64,000 nucleotides of DNA, taken from the NCBI RefSeq assembly GCF_006345805.1, contig NC_043004.1, forward strand, positions 10,354,001 to 10,418,000, read 5' to 3'. Position numbers and translations under genes: made by a program. The notes below the pieces were generated by a model that was not told the DNA's origin, did not search any database, and saw only the letters and a program-made list of their open reading frames with translations. This DNA comes from Octopus sinensis (Eukaryota). Below are positions 25,686 to 38,114 of this stretch, piece after piece (positions within the stretch are counted from its first letter, which is position 1; each line of letters opens with the position of its first letter).

Positions 25686-26556
25686 TATGTATATTGTATG
25701 CATAGACATGTGGGTATTTGTGACTATGTGTATGTGTGTATCTGTGTGCCTGTCTGTATATATGTATGCTTGCATGGATGCATGCATGCATGGATGTATG
25801 TATATAGGCAAGTGAATCGCTACAAACATACAAAAATCAATTGCCAGCAACAAGAACATCGGCGAAAAGCTCAAATGAATGCAATACAGTTTACTTCAAC
25901 GCAATTCCAATTGTCTTACTATACTGTCCTGCCTCTCACCAAATTCGTATCGATGAGTCATATCTACCAAGTGTTGCCAATATCGTTGATGTTGTCACTG
26001 TTATTGATATTTTTGTGGTTGTTCTTGCTGTTTAGATCCATATCATCGCCATTTGAGCAAACAGGATCAAATGTCACCCAATCGTAACTATGGCTTCTCG
26101 TTTCCATTTACAATAACTTCATGTCATTTTCTAGGGTGATACTGTACGATTTTAAGATTTGGATTATGTATACATAAAAGGTGGTGGACCAACGCGTCGC
26201 TCACATAAGTACTAGTACGGTTCTGATTGAGTTATATACGTTTTAACCCATAATTTGTAGCCTTGTGCTATCGTGTAAAAATCGATATTATCATTAAAAG
26301 GATTAAAATAGTACTACATAATCATGTCAGAAAACATTGATTATTTAATTTATGTTATGAATAAACATTAAATTGTTTTGTGTTTCTTTCTTTTTTTTTT
26401 TTGGTTCTTTCTTTTTTCATTATAAATCTGAATACAATAAATGAATTGATTTGGAAAATGTTAAAAGGTCTTTTGAGAAAATTCGTGAATTTTTGCAGTG
26501 GGTTCGATTTTATTTGCTCTGGAAAGTACGTCGGTGTGCGTGTATGTATGAATGTA

Positions 26557-26599
<43 letters not shown>

Positions 26600-26603
26600 G
26601 TGC

Positions 26604-26638
<35 letters not shown>

Positions 26639-26762
26639 GTGCACAAACACACACATACATATAACGATATGATGACACTGCCTTAAGATAACGGCCTACG
26701 AACTGCAGAAACAAGGAAAACCGTAAATGACTGCATGTACACATATGTGATTGTATTATAAA

Positions 26763-27280
26763 TAAAGGGTGCGTAAGATATTTCACAGATTTATGGTCAT
26801 AAAAACAAATATATAATAACAGATAATAACTTTATTTATCAAAAATGATATGAGGATAGAAATAAACTTTCTTTTCTTTAATGTTGTTTAATAAAGTCAC
26901 CTTCAGCTTCAACAACTGCTTCTATATGAGATCTACGGCATCTACATGCTCGAATCAAGTGGTCCTGGTTTATTTTGGACATTACTCTGACTATGGCAGC
27001 TTTCATAGAATCTTTGGAGTTACGGGCTTGTTCATCGACCCCTCTCTCAACAATACTCCACATGCAATAGTCCAATGGATTGAGATCTGGGAAATTAGGA
27101 GGCCAAATGTCAGGGGTTATGTTATCATGAAACTTTTTAGCCATCCATTCCTGCGTTACTAGGGCCATGTGTGATAGTGCGCTGACTTACTGAAACGCAT
27201 ATGGCCTTCCATTGCATACACTGTCTATCCAGGGCTTAACAGTTATTTCCAGGACCTCAGTGTAGGTGGCAGAGTTGTAT
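26763..27280 (-). mobile_element. maT (DD37D-type) Tc1/mariner remnant, C-terminal transposase half plus putative TIR
   Basis: NSATYTEVLEITVKPWIDSVCNGRPYAFQ…WPPNFPDLNPLDY…IEAVVEAEGDFI; TIR-like AGGGTGCGTAAGAT near 26766. Confidence 0.85.
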
Positions 27281-27281
27281 A

Positions 27282-27549
27282 ATGAGGAGAGGTCAATTTA
27301 TATCCCAAAAAGCAAAAGAGAATCACTGTATCAGATCTAAAGGGTTCTTAAACAAACTGAAAAATATAGCAGAAGAAGATTTGATTTGGTTTTTCTCAAA
27401 CAAGAAAAATTTAGACAAAGATCAAAATGTTAACAGAAGAAATGACGTATGGTTATGTGCAGACCCTTCTGAAGTTCCAGGTGTTATGCATAAAAAATTT
27501 CCTGCCACTGTTACGGTTTTAGGGGTTCCATACTTCTTTCTACATGGCC
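27282..27549 (+). mobile_element. maT transposase fragment (N-terminal part of catalytic domain), inverted relative to the adjacent half
   Basis: LIWFFSNKKN…VNRRNDVWLCADPSEVP…KFPATVTVLGV-PYFFLHG. Confidence 0.85.
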
Positions 27550-27594
27550 AAAACATACACACACATATATATATATATGTATACATACACACCA

Positions 27595-27633
<39 letters not shown>

Positions 27634-27674
27634 ACACACACACATATATATATATATATATACATATATACATA

Positions 27675-27726
<52 letters not shown>

Positions 27727-27755
27727 ATATATATATAATATATATATATATATAT

Positions 27756-27905
27756 CGTCTGCCGCTACGTTCAGTGTTTCAAATTCCGCCGAATTCGACT
27801 TTGCCTTTCATCCTTCGGCGTCGATAAATTACTGGGGTTGATGTAATCGACCAGTCCCTTCAACCCAAATTTTGGGCCTTGTGCCTCCAGTAGAAAGGAT
27901 TATTA
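27756..27905 (+). mobile_element. SINE family B, headless, tail B
   Basis: Central domain plus GGGCCTTGTGCCTCCAGTAGAAAGGATTATTA tail. Confidence 0.8.
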
Positions 27906-28522
27906 GAGTGACGAAATCGTTCTGCACGCCCTCGCTCAGTGTCCGGGCATTGCCGACTTGTGGGGTTATGTTGAACAATTGCTGTCATGTGTGGGACGGA
28001 TCTATCTGTCGGCCGAGTCTGTAGCGATGGTTGAACTACCACCCTCCTTCAATTGGGCAGGCAAGGCAGTTTCCCTTTGCCTGGTGGCTGTGGCGAAAGA
28101 GGTTGTTTGGTGGATAAGGTTGAAAGGCATGAGGACAGATAGATTCCTCTTTGGTAGAACTTTCAGTGATTTCTTAACATTTCACTTGAAAAGGAAATTG
28201 TGAGTGGAGAGGGAAGTGCTGTCCTTGAGTAAGTTTATTGAAAGGTTGGTGAAAGTTGCAAAAATGGCAAGAGTGGATGGTATCTCTCTAAGTGTAGACC
28301 TATGAGTTGGAGAGAAGGAATTGGAGAAGGAACTTGCTCTATCAGGAGGGCGACATCTCTATCATCCAACCCGCCATTTTTTTAACCTTTGTATGCTATG
28401 TATGTGTCCCTTCTTTTTCAGTGTCTGCCGTGTATACTTACAGTTTTTTCTATCATTTCATTATTATATGTCTGTCTGTGTATTCTCCCCGTCATCCTTC
28501 GTCCTTGTGGTAAACAAATAAA
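27906..28522 (+). mobile_element. second Tx1 3' fragment (different subfamily)
   Basis: DEIVLHALAQC…KVAKMARVDGISLSVDL* (stop 28303-28305), homologous to 23260-23653; 3' UTR ends CCTTGTGGTAAACAAATAAAA. Confidence 0.85.
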
Positions 28523-28535
28523 ATCATCATCATCA

Positions 28536-28585
<50 letters not shown>

Positions 28586-28609
28586 CCCCCCCCATATATA
28601 TATATGTGT

Positions 28610-29230
28610 GTGTAGCGATATGGAAATGTGGAAATCAAAGTTTGAGGGAAAGAAAGTTCATTCAGCGTTTAGCAGAAACACAGATAGGATAATGAATAAC
28701 AACGACAGTTGGCTATGGTTAACGAAAAGGTTATCGAAGAAGGAAACCGAGGGAATTATGTTGGTAGTACAGGAATAGGCCCCAGATGGAAATTGGATCA
28801 AGTGAACGAAAGATCAACAAGACTTATCACGCAGAAGGTGCTATAATTCAGATGGGATCAGAATGTTCTCTGTCAGCTCAGAATAAATACAAAATCTTTA
28901 GGCATGATAAGATTGCTGCAACATTAAAGTGGTATTTTGGCAGGAAATTTGGTTTTTCATGCATTGAAAAAAAAAAAAAGCTATAATCATTTTGTGGGAA
29001 AAGAAATGCCAGCCCCCGAAAACAATCAAGTGAAGGTTTTGTGGGTGTTTTCTATTCAAATCAAAAGAATGGATCATAACAGACCGGATATTAAAGTCGT
29101 CGACACGAAGAAGAACTTAGGTATTGCAATCAACGTGGCATATCTAGCTGACATTGGAGTTAAAAGAAAGGAATATGAAAAAGCGGAGCAAATCCTGAAG
29201 TGTTGGAACAGAGAAACTAACAATGTCAGA
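28610..29230 (+). mobile_element. old R4/Dong-type RLE LINE fragment
   Basis: SWLWL…KETEGIMLVVQE, RHDKIA, VKVLW…HNRPDIKVVD; multiple stops and frameshifts. Confidence 0.75.
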
Positions 29231-29384
29231 GTGACAATGTCATGGTACATTCTCAGCCATTATGTCACAACCGAATGAACAAAATAAAGAGAAAAAAAAC
29301 GAAGAAAAGAAAAAATGTGGTAAGAAGCTTGCTTCCCAAACATAAGGTTATGGGCTCAGTCCCACTGTATGGTACTTTTACTCT

Positions 29385-30042
29385 TTTACCCTTTTACTTG
29401 TTTCAGTCATTTGACTGCGGCCATGCTGGAGCACCGCCTTTAATCGAGCAACTCGATCCCGGGACTTATTCTTTTTGTAAGCCCAGTACTTATTCTATCG
29501 GTCTCTTTTGCCGAATCGCTAAGTAACGGGGACATAAACACACCAGCATCGGTTGTCAAGCGATGTTGGGGGGGGGCGACAAACACAGACACACAAAGAC
29601 ACACACGCATAGATATATAATACATATATACGACGGTCCTTTTCAGTTTCCGTCTACCAAATCCACTCACAGGCTTTGGTCGGCCCGGGGCTATAGCAAA
29701 AAACAGAACCATTGCCCAGATGCCACGCAGTGGACTGAACCCGGAACCATGTGGCTGGTTAGCAAGCTACTTACCTATTTCTTTATTACCCACAAGGGGC
29801 TAAACATAGAGAGGAAAAACAAGGACAGACATAGGTATTAAGTCGATTATATCGACCCCAGTGTGTAACTGGTACTTAATTTATCGACCCCGAAAGGATG
29901 AAAGGCAAAGTCGACCTCGGCGGAATTTGAACTCAGAACGTAACGGCAGACGAAATACCGTTAAACATTTCGCCCAACGTGCTAACGTATCTGCTAGCTC
30001 ACCGACTTTTAGCAAGCTACTTACCACACAGCCACTCCTGCG
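29385..30042 (-). mobile_element. SINE family A with nested SINE family B (29776-30008)
   Basis: 17-bp TSD TTAGCAAGCTACTTACC at 29759-29775 and 30009-30025 inside the family A head. Confidence 0.9.
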
Positions 30043-30150
30043 GGCAAATTGTCTTCTACTTTAGCTTCGGGCCGACCAAAACATTGTGAGTGGATTAGGT
30101 ACACGTAAACTGAAAGAAGCCCGTCGTGTGTGTGTGAGTGTGGTGTATGT

Positions 30151-30189
<39 letters not shown>

Positions 30190-30489
30190 TATGTGTGTAT
30201 GTGTGTGTGTGTGTGTATGTGTTGTGTGTGTGTGTGTTTTTGTACACTGTGTGTTTGACAACTGGTGCTGATGAGACCATACTGGGCTTAGAAAAAGTAA
30301 TAGGCTTTAAAACAATGTTCTAGGATCGATTTTGTTCGAATAAGGCCCTTCAAGGCGATGCCCTAGCATGGCCGCAGTCATGGCTGAAAAAATTAAAAGA
30401 TAAAAGAAAAAAAATCATAATGCTATGCATTGAGTTCAATTTCTGTTTATTCCACCAATCTAGTATTGTGAATTCAATATATTTTCTCT

Positions 30490-30908
30490 GCAGCGAGGCG
30501 AGCTGGCAGAATCGTTAGCACGCCGGGCGAAATGCTTTGCGGTTTTTCGTCTGTCGTTACGTTCTGAGTGCAAATTCCGCCGAGGTCGACTTTGCCTATC
30601 ATCCTTACGGTGTCGATTAAATAAGTACCAGTTATGCACCGTGGTCGATGTAGTCAACTTAATACCTATGTCTGTCCTTGTTTGTCCCCTCTGTGTTTAG
30701 CCTCTTGTGGGTAATAAAGAAATAGGTATTTCGTCTGTCGTTACGTTCTGAGTTCAAATTCCGCCGAGGTCGACTTTGCCTATCATCCTTACGGTGTCGA
30801 GTAAGTAAGTACCAGTTACGCACCGTGCTCGATGTAGTCAACTTAATCCCTTTGCCTGTCCTTGTTTGTCCCCTCTATGTTTAGCCCCCTGTGGGCAATA
30901 AAGAAATG
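30490..30908 (+). mobile_element. SINE family B dimer (tail A + tail A)
   Basis: 14-bp TSD AATATATTTTCTCT at 30476-30489 and 30909-30922; internal junction GAAATA|GGTATTTCGTC at 30724/5. Confidence 0.9.
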
Positions 30909-31329
30909 AATATATTTTCTCTAGAAGGAGTTTCTAAACCGGAGCTACTTATAACACGGAGCATGTTTATTGAAAATGTATTCATTCACCGAAAGATAGT
31001 TAAGTACAGTATTTAGGATGAATCTACGATGACCGTGTTTGACGTTAATATACTGGCAGCATTTATTAGTTTTATGACAGGGATGCTACAACTGGCTCTC
31101 TGTCGATTACGCCGACGAGTGTTGCAGTTGAACTGGTCAGTGAACAGCTTTTCGTCAAATGAACCTGCAATGAGATGAATGCTCCACAAACAAATGTACC
31201 CTTCGCGTAGCTGTCAGGGAGATTCAGCTTGAGACCGAAGGAGAATCATAAGCAACAGTGCTAATTCACGGAGGTGTTCCACCATGACCGCGGTCGTATG
31301 ACTGAAACGAATAAAAATATTAAAAAATT

Positions 31330-31760
31330 ACAGGAGTGGCTGTATGATAAGTAGCTTGCTAACCAACCACATGGTTCCAGGTTCAGTCCCACTGCGTGGC
31401 ATCTTGGGCAAGTGTCTTCTGCTATAACCTCGGGCCGACCAAAGCCTTGTGAGTGGATTTCGTTGACGGAAACTGAAAGAAGCCTGTCGTATATATGTAT
31501 ATATATATATATGTGTGTGTGTGTGTATATGTTTGTGTGTCTGTGTTTGTCCCTCTAGCATTGCTTGACAACCGATGCTGGTGTGTTTACGGTCCCCGTC
31601 ACTTAGCGGTTCGGCAAAAGAGAACGATAGAATAAGTACTGGGCTTACAAAGAATAAGTCCGGGGTCGATTTGCTCGACTAAAGACGGTGCTCCAGCATG
31701 GCCGCAGTCAAATGACTGAAACAAGTAAAAAGAAAAAGAAAAGAAAAAAGAAAAGAATAT
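31330..31760 (+). mobile_element. SINE family A, near full length
   Basis: Head, internal microsatellite, tail, then (AAAAG)n. Confidence 0.9.
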
Positions 31761-32107
31761 ATATACAAATAGATACATACATGCACACACACACGCACAC
31801 ACATATACATAAATACATACATGCATACATACATACATACGTACATACATACATACAAACACAGTGGAAGTTTAGGTAGAGAGCATATAATTAATTTGCA
31901 TATATACACGCGCACACATTATAATGTAGAGTTTGTAAACAGAATTCTTTGAAAATGAATAAATACATGACAAACGACTGCAACAACGACCACAACAGTA
32001 ACAACAGCTACTACAACTACTACTACTACTACTACTACTACTATAGAGTTGTAAACATAATTCTTTGGAAATGAATAAATACACGACCAACGACTGCAAC
32101 AACAACA

Positions 32108-32164
<57 letters not shown>

Positions 32165-32532
32165 GCTGCTACTAAAAGAGTCACACAAGACGTATGAACA
32201 GCCGACAACATTTGCACAAATATACTCTTTAAGACAAGGAAAACACCAGCAGCGGCAGCATTGACAACAATAGCATCAATAGCGAAACTTCGGCAATATG
32301 AATCGGATAAAACAAATTTGTTTATGAACGCCAACAAGAACAACATCAACAAGAATAATAACAAAAGACGACAGCAGGAATAGCAGCACCAGCAGCATCG
32401 TTAATAGCTACAACAGTGATGTTTTAATGCAACAAACAATAAAATACAAAGCCATTTTTCGCTCATCCACCCTATCGCATCTCTTTCCTTCTGTCTCGTT
32501 CGTGTGTTTGTGTGTAGTGCTATTTTTGATGT

Positions 32533-32582
<50 letters not shown>

Positions 32583-32831
32583 GAGGGAGCGGAAGGGGTC
32601 ACGTGTGACCGAGACATTTAAGAGTTTTTTTGTGAGGTTTTTATTCTAATTAAGGGAGGTGCCTTATTCGTAAGGTTTAAAATCTGGTACACACTCACAT
32701 TCAACTCGGCTTAGTGTTTCTTCATTGAAATATTCACGTTAACAAAGAACACAGGAAAAAAACCTAAAAAAAGCTAGAAAGAAAACACACACACACACAT
32801 ATATATACATATATACATGCATACAACTATG

Positions 32832-32895
<64 letters not shown>

Positions 32896-33071
32896 TATAT
32901 AAACCACACCCACATACACGTATGTAGGTATGTTCCTATACACAAACAGAGAAAATGTCTGTGTGAGTGTGTGTATACGCAAGCACACACACACAGAGGT
33001 TTACATAAATGTTGTGCGTTTATGTGTGTGTGTTTGTATCGGTGTATATATATTTATGTCTGTGTATGTGT

Positions 33072-33102
<31 letters not shown>

Positions 33103-33241
33103 ATATATATGTATATATTTATATGTATATATATATATATATTAATATATACATATATATATATTTATATGTATATATGATATATATGTATATTATATAT
33201 ATATATATATATATATCATATATATATATATACAGAGAGAG

Positions 33242-33283
<42 letters not shown>

Positions 33284-33849
33284 ATAATAGATAGATAAAT
33301 GTTTGAGCGTTTATGTGTGTGTGTGTGTGTTGTATCTGTGTATATCTATTTATGTGTGTGTTTATGTGTGTATGTATATATATATATGTATATATAGTCA
33401 TATATATATCTATATATATCTATATTATATTATCATATATCTATATATATATATATATATATCATATATATATATTTATATGCAGTCAGAGACGTATAGT
33501 CATGCGTACAGAAGAAAAAAAGAAGGAAAGAAAGCAAGGAAGAAAGAAAGAAAGAAAGGAAAGACATGCAGACAGACAGAAAGAAAGGGATATGTAGAAT
33601 TGAAATGTGAAAGTTTAATGAGTGTTGGAGCGAGGGAAAGCGATTTGATGCTGTTAGATAAGTAGTCGGACACAGTGTAGGATGTTGGCATTAAAATGTT
33701 GGATCAACGAGAATGTTAGATCTTCATCAGCGCAACATGTGGAGATAAATACAACGTTTCCAGGCCATAAATTGAGGTGAGGCGAATAAAATGTATCAGA
33801 AATTCTATTATTGGATAGAGGGTTGGAAGAAAATTTTATGTGAATGTAG

Positions 33850-34010
33850 CTCTATCAGAGAAGCTATTGGAGTGGGGGGTTGGATGGGAGATGATGGATG
33901 TAGTGATGTGATAGTGGATGGATATAGGGTCGTAGTTTGATGAAATATGTAGGAAATTAAATATGGTGGTGTCGGAGTAGCGATAAGGACAGGGTGTGGA
34001 ATATGTGAAT
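33850..34010 (+). pseudogene. possible highly decayed LINE AP-endonuclease fragment
   Basis: DVIVDGYRVV…YGGVGVAI resembles the APE GY…GGV motif; in-frame stops present. Confidence 0.3.
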
Positions 34011-34093
34011 GCACTGGTGTCAATGTAACCATTGCTATGTGTTGGGTGATATATATTTTATTATCCTTAAAATATGTTATCGCTTTACCCAAA

Positions 34094-34598
34094 AGGTGGC
34101 GAGCTGGCAGAATCGTTAACACGCCGGGCTAAATGCTTTCTGCATTTTGTCCGTGTTTACGTTCTGAGTTCAAATTCCGCCCAGGTGGACTATGCCTAAA
34201 ATGCTTTTGAGGTCGATGAAATAAGTACCGTTCGAGCACTGGGATTGTTGCAGTTAACTTACTCCATGCCACGAAATTGCTAGCCTTGTTTCAAAATTTT
34301 AAATCAATATTTTATCTTTTACGTAAGAGGCGGTGAACTGGCAGAAACCAATATCTTTATGCTAAGGCGGCGAGCTGGCAGAATCGTTAGCACGCCGGGC
34401 GAAATGCTTTGCGGTATTTCGTCTGCCGCTACGTTCTGAGTTCAAATTCCGCTGAGGTCGACTTTGCCTTTCATCCTTTCGGGGTCGATTAAATAAGTAC
34501 CAGTTACGCATTGGGTCGATATAATTGACTTAATCCGTTTGTCTGTCCTTGTTTGTTTTCTCTGTGTTTAGCCCATTGTGGGCAGTAAAGAAATGGGT
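34094..34598 (+). mobile_element. SINE family B cluster: diverged tail-B copy, head stub, and a tail-A copy (34364-34598)
   Basis: TSD AGAAACCAATATCTT(T)ATGCT at 34343-34363 and 34599-34618. Confidence 0.85.
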
Positions 34599-35776
34599 AG
34601 AAACCAATATCTTATGCTTTACTTGTTTCGGTTACTGAATTTCTGGTCTATGTTGGGGCACCGGCTTGAAGGGTTCAGTCTACCCCATTACTTAATTCTT
34701 TTAAAAACAGGTACTTATTTTGTTGTATCTAGGGGGAGTCATTACGTAAATATTATTAACACACGCACTGGTTCAATTCCATTCCTTTAACAATTGGTTA
34801 AATATCTATCTTTTGCCAAACCGCTAGGTTACGGGACGTAAACAAACTATCAGTTGCTGTTAAACCGCGGTAGAGGGCAAAGCAAATACATAGATATATA
34901 CACATGTACATACACAGGTCTACCGCTTTTGTGGAACTCTAAAAAGTGTCGAAAAGTCCTGCGATTGATAAATCTGAAAGTATATATACCTTTGCATTAT
35001 CCAATATTATAAGCATTTCCATTTGGAATCAACGAGGGAGCTTCTGTTAAGATATTGGGCTATTAGAAATATATTCCTAATTCCCTCGAAATCAAATCCT
35101 AATGACTTTAAAAAGAGGAGACATTAGATAAAGTGATATCTCATTATCCAATGTTTGAAAGCACTGTCTAGCATAAAGAAGGGATGGTCATGACTGAAAC
35201 GCTTTTCATCGAATAAAAGCAATAACAATTCCGTCTTTTACATGCAGGTAGGGCCTCATTAGCCTTGATCGATGAAATCCTTATCGATACAAAGATAGCT
35301 TATACACAAGAGTTTATACAACAAAACCTCAAATTTGAATAAGATATGAGACATCCCGAGGGGTTGGTAATATGCTCATATTTTGGCAATTAGCAAACAA
35401 ACTTGCTTAGTGCAGGGTCAGTTCTGATTACATATAATTATGATCAAATGGAAAAAGTGAGAAAGGGGAAGGGAGAGCGCGAGATAGAGAAAGAAAGAGA
35501 GAGAGACAAACAGAGAAAAAAGATAAACAGAGAGAAAGTGAAAAAGAGAAAGAAGGAGAGCTTTCTGTATATTTTACTTAATGTGGATATACAGTAGAAT
35601 GCTACAAAACTGTGATCTCCGACTCGAGAAAGCATCTCCTGTAGAGGTATAGTGCTAAAACGCACAAAAATGTATCTGTTGCAGACCAAAAGCATCCAGT
35701 AGAAGCGGTGGAATTGTTGTTGTTAGCTGTAGATCAACGCTCATCGAGTAGGCCTATGATTAATAACATTCTAACC

Positions 35777-36009
35777 TATTTCTTTACTACCCACAAGGGG
35801 CTAAACACAGAGAGGACAAACAAGGACAGACAAACGGAATAAGTCGATTATATCGACCCCAGTGCGTAACTGGTACTTAATTTATCGACCCCGAAAGGAT
35901 AAAAGGCAAAGTCGACCTCAGCGGAATTTGAACTCAGAACGTAGCGGCAGACGAAATACGGTTACGCATTTCGCCCGGCGTGCTAACGTTTCTGCCAGCT
36001 CGCCGCCTT
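35777..36009 (-). mobile_element. SINE family B (tail A), full length
   Basis: 13-bp TSD TAACATTCTAACC at 35764-35776 and 36010-36022. Confidence 0.95.
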
Positions 36010-36184
36010 TAACATTCTAACCGTAACTGTCCAGTCGTTGTATGTGCAGTATCCAAAGCTACAGTTTTCAACGTGCCTTTTTAACGACAGTATTGGTTTG
36101 AGGAAACTTTGTTATTTCTGAAAAAACGTGCAGCTACGTAGTAACTGCCAATTACGGAAGGTCAATTGATCTCAAACACCCATT

Positions 36185-36367
36185 ACTACTATTGGCACAA
36201 GGCCTGAAATTTGGAGAAGAAGGGCTAGTCGATTTCATCGACCCCAGTAGTCAACTGGTACTTTATTTATCGGCCTCGAAAGAGTGAAAGGCAAAGTCAA
36301 CCTCGGCAAACTGAATACCACTAAACATCTCACCCGGTGAGCCAACGATTCTACCAGCTCGCTACCG
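36185..36367 (-). mobile_element. SINE family B (tail B), diverged
   Basis: Reverse complement of head, central domain and CAGGCCTTGTGCC tail. Confidence 0.75.
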
Positions 36368-36386
36368 CGCTTAGAGAAATATAACG

Positions 36387-36510
36387 TAGGCCTCTGTACG
36401 TCAGTGACGGCGAATCTATAAGACATATATATATATATATAAAGCATCAAAGGCGTGTCACTGGCAATACTTGTCTTATAGATTCGCCGTCACTGACGTA
36501 CAGAGGCCTA
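36387..36510. repeat. perfect 39-bp inverted repeat with 46-bp spacer (MITE/fold-back-like)
   Basis: Arms 36387-36425 and 36472-36510 are exact reverse complements; both outer ends are TA. Confidence 0.9.
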
Positions 36511-36589
36511 TATATATATATCATTATTTCTAATTCTCTCTAAAGGAGACTACGGCATAGGTACTGGATATAAATAGTTATCGCCAAGC

Positions 36590-36770
36590 TAAAAGAAAAT
36601 ACAGGAGGATCAGTTGTGATTTTATTCAACATTTCCCTCTCAGATTCATACACTTCCTGCAGCGGTCCTACAGTTTTTCTAAGCCTTGTAAAGGGGCTCG
36701 GATGGTTGGGCTTCCAACCAGGCTTTTCGCAGTATTCTTAAAGCTAGGAACTTTTCAGCAACCCCTCGTA
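36590..36770 (-). mobile_element. internally deleted mariner derivative
   Basis: TA+CGAGGGGTTGCTGAAAAGTTCCT mariner-type TIR; RCRKCMNLRGKC resembles a mariner transposase C-terminus. Confidence 0.55.
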
Positions 36771-36994
36771 CGTATATATATATATAACTACAACTAAAAT
36801 GCATTTATGTAAATAAAAGTCAGTTCCGCTTCGATGAGAGAAACTTATAGAAACTTATATTTCGACATATTTGGCTCATCATCACTGCTCTACGTGTAAG
36901 TTAGACTAAGTAGAAATAGCAGTTCACTATCCCTAAAATATCATCGTACTGTAATTTGTAAGGAAAGGGCAAATCAGAATATATTGTCAAATAT

Positions 36995-37103
36995 AGGCGC
37001 AGGTGCGGCTGTGAGGTAAGAAGCTTGCTTCCCAGCCTCATGTTTCGGGCTGACCAAAGTCTTGCGAGTAGATTTTGTAGATGGAAACTGAAAGAAACCC
37101 GTC

Positions 37104-37159
<56 letters not shown>

Positions 37160-37352
37160 TGTGTGTGTGTGTGTGTGTGTGTGTAGGAGTGACTGTATGG
37201 TAAGTAGCTTGCTTACCAACCGCATCCTTCCGTATTCAGTCCCACTGCATGGCACCTTGGGTCTCGGGCCAACCAAAGCCTTGTGAGTGGATTTGGTAAA
37301 CGGAAACTGAAAGAAGCCCGTCGTATATATGTATATATATATATATATGTGT

Positions 37353-37392
<40 letters not shown>

Positions 37393-38050
37393 TATGTTTA
37401 TGTGTCTGTGTTTGTCCCCCCCCAACATCGCGTGACAACCGATGCTGGTGTGTTTACGTCCCCGTAACTTAGCGGTTCGGCAAAAGAGACCGATAGAATA
37501 AGTACTCGGCTTACAAAGAATAAGTCCTGGGGGTCGATTTGCTCGACTAAAAGGCGGTGCTCCAGCATGGCCACAGTCAAATGAGTGAAACAAGTAAAAG
37601 TGTAAAAGAGTATATATATGCATGTATATATTTTTGTGTCTGTGTCTGTGTTTGTCCCCCAACATCGCTTGACAACCGATGTTAGTGTGTTTACTTCCCC
37701 GTAACTTATCGGTTCAGCAAAAGGAGCGGCGAGAATAAGTACTAGGCTTACAAAGAATAACTTCTAGAATCGATTTATTCGACTAAAGGCGGTGCTACAT
37801 CATGGCCGCAGCCAAATGATTGAAACTAGTAAAAGAGTAAAAGAATATATATATTTGTGTGTGTGTGTGTGTGTGTATGTGTGTTTGTGTGTGCGTGTAT
37901 TTGTGTATCTGTGTTTGTCCGCCACCATCGCTTGACAACCGATGCTGATGTGTTTATGTCCCCGTAACTTAGCAGCTCGGCAAAAGCGACCGATAGAATA
38001 AGTACTAAAGTTACAAAGGATAAGCCCTGGGGTCGATTTCTTCGACAAAA
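36995..38050 (+). mobile_element. tandem cluster of SINE family A copies and 3'-half repeats
   Basis: Two heads and three iterations of TGTGTTTGTCC…GACAACCGATG…TAAGTACT…GTCGATT. Confidence 0.85.
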
Positions 38051-38075
38051 AAATTTTTAAGGGACACACACACAC

Positions 38076-38114
<39 letters not shown>

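Noticed and set aside
32580-32620. GCGGAAG plus GTCACGTG motif cluster (also CAGGAAGTG and two CACGTG at ~59280-59320) as promoter or enhancer
   Set aside because: Short motifs are expected by chance in 64 kb; no gene start to anchor them.
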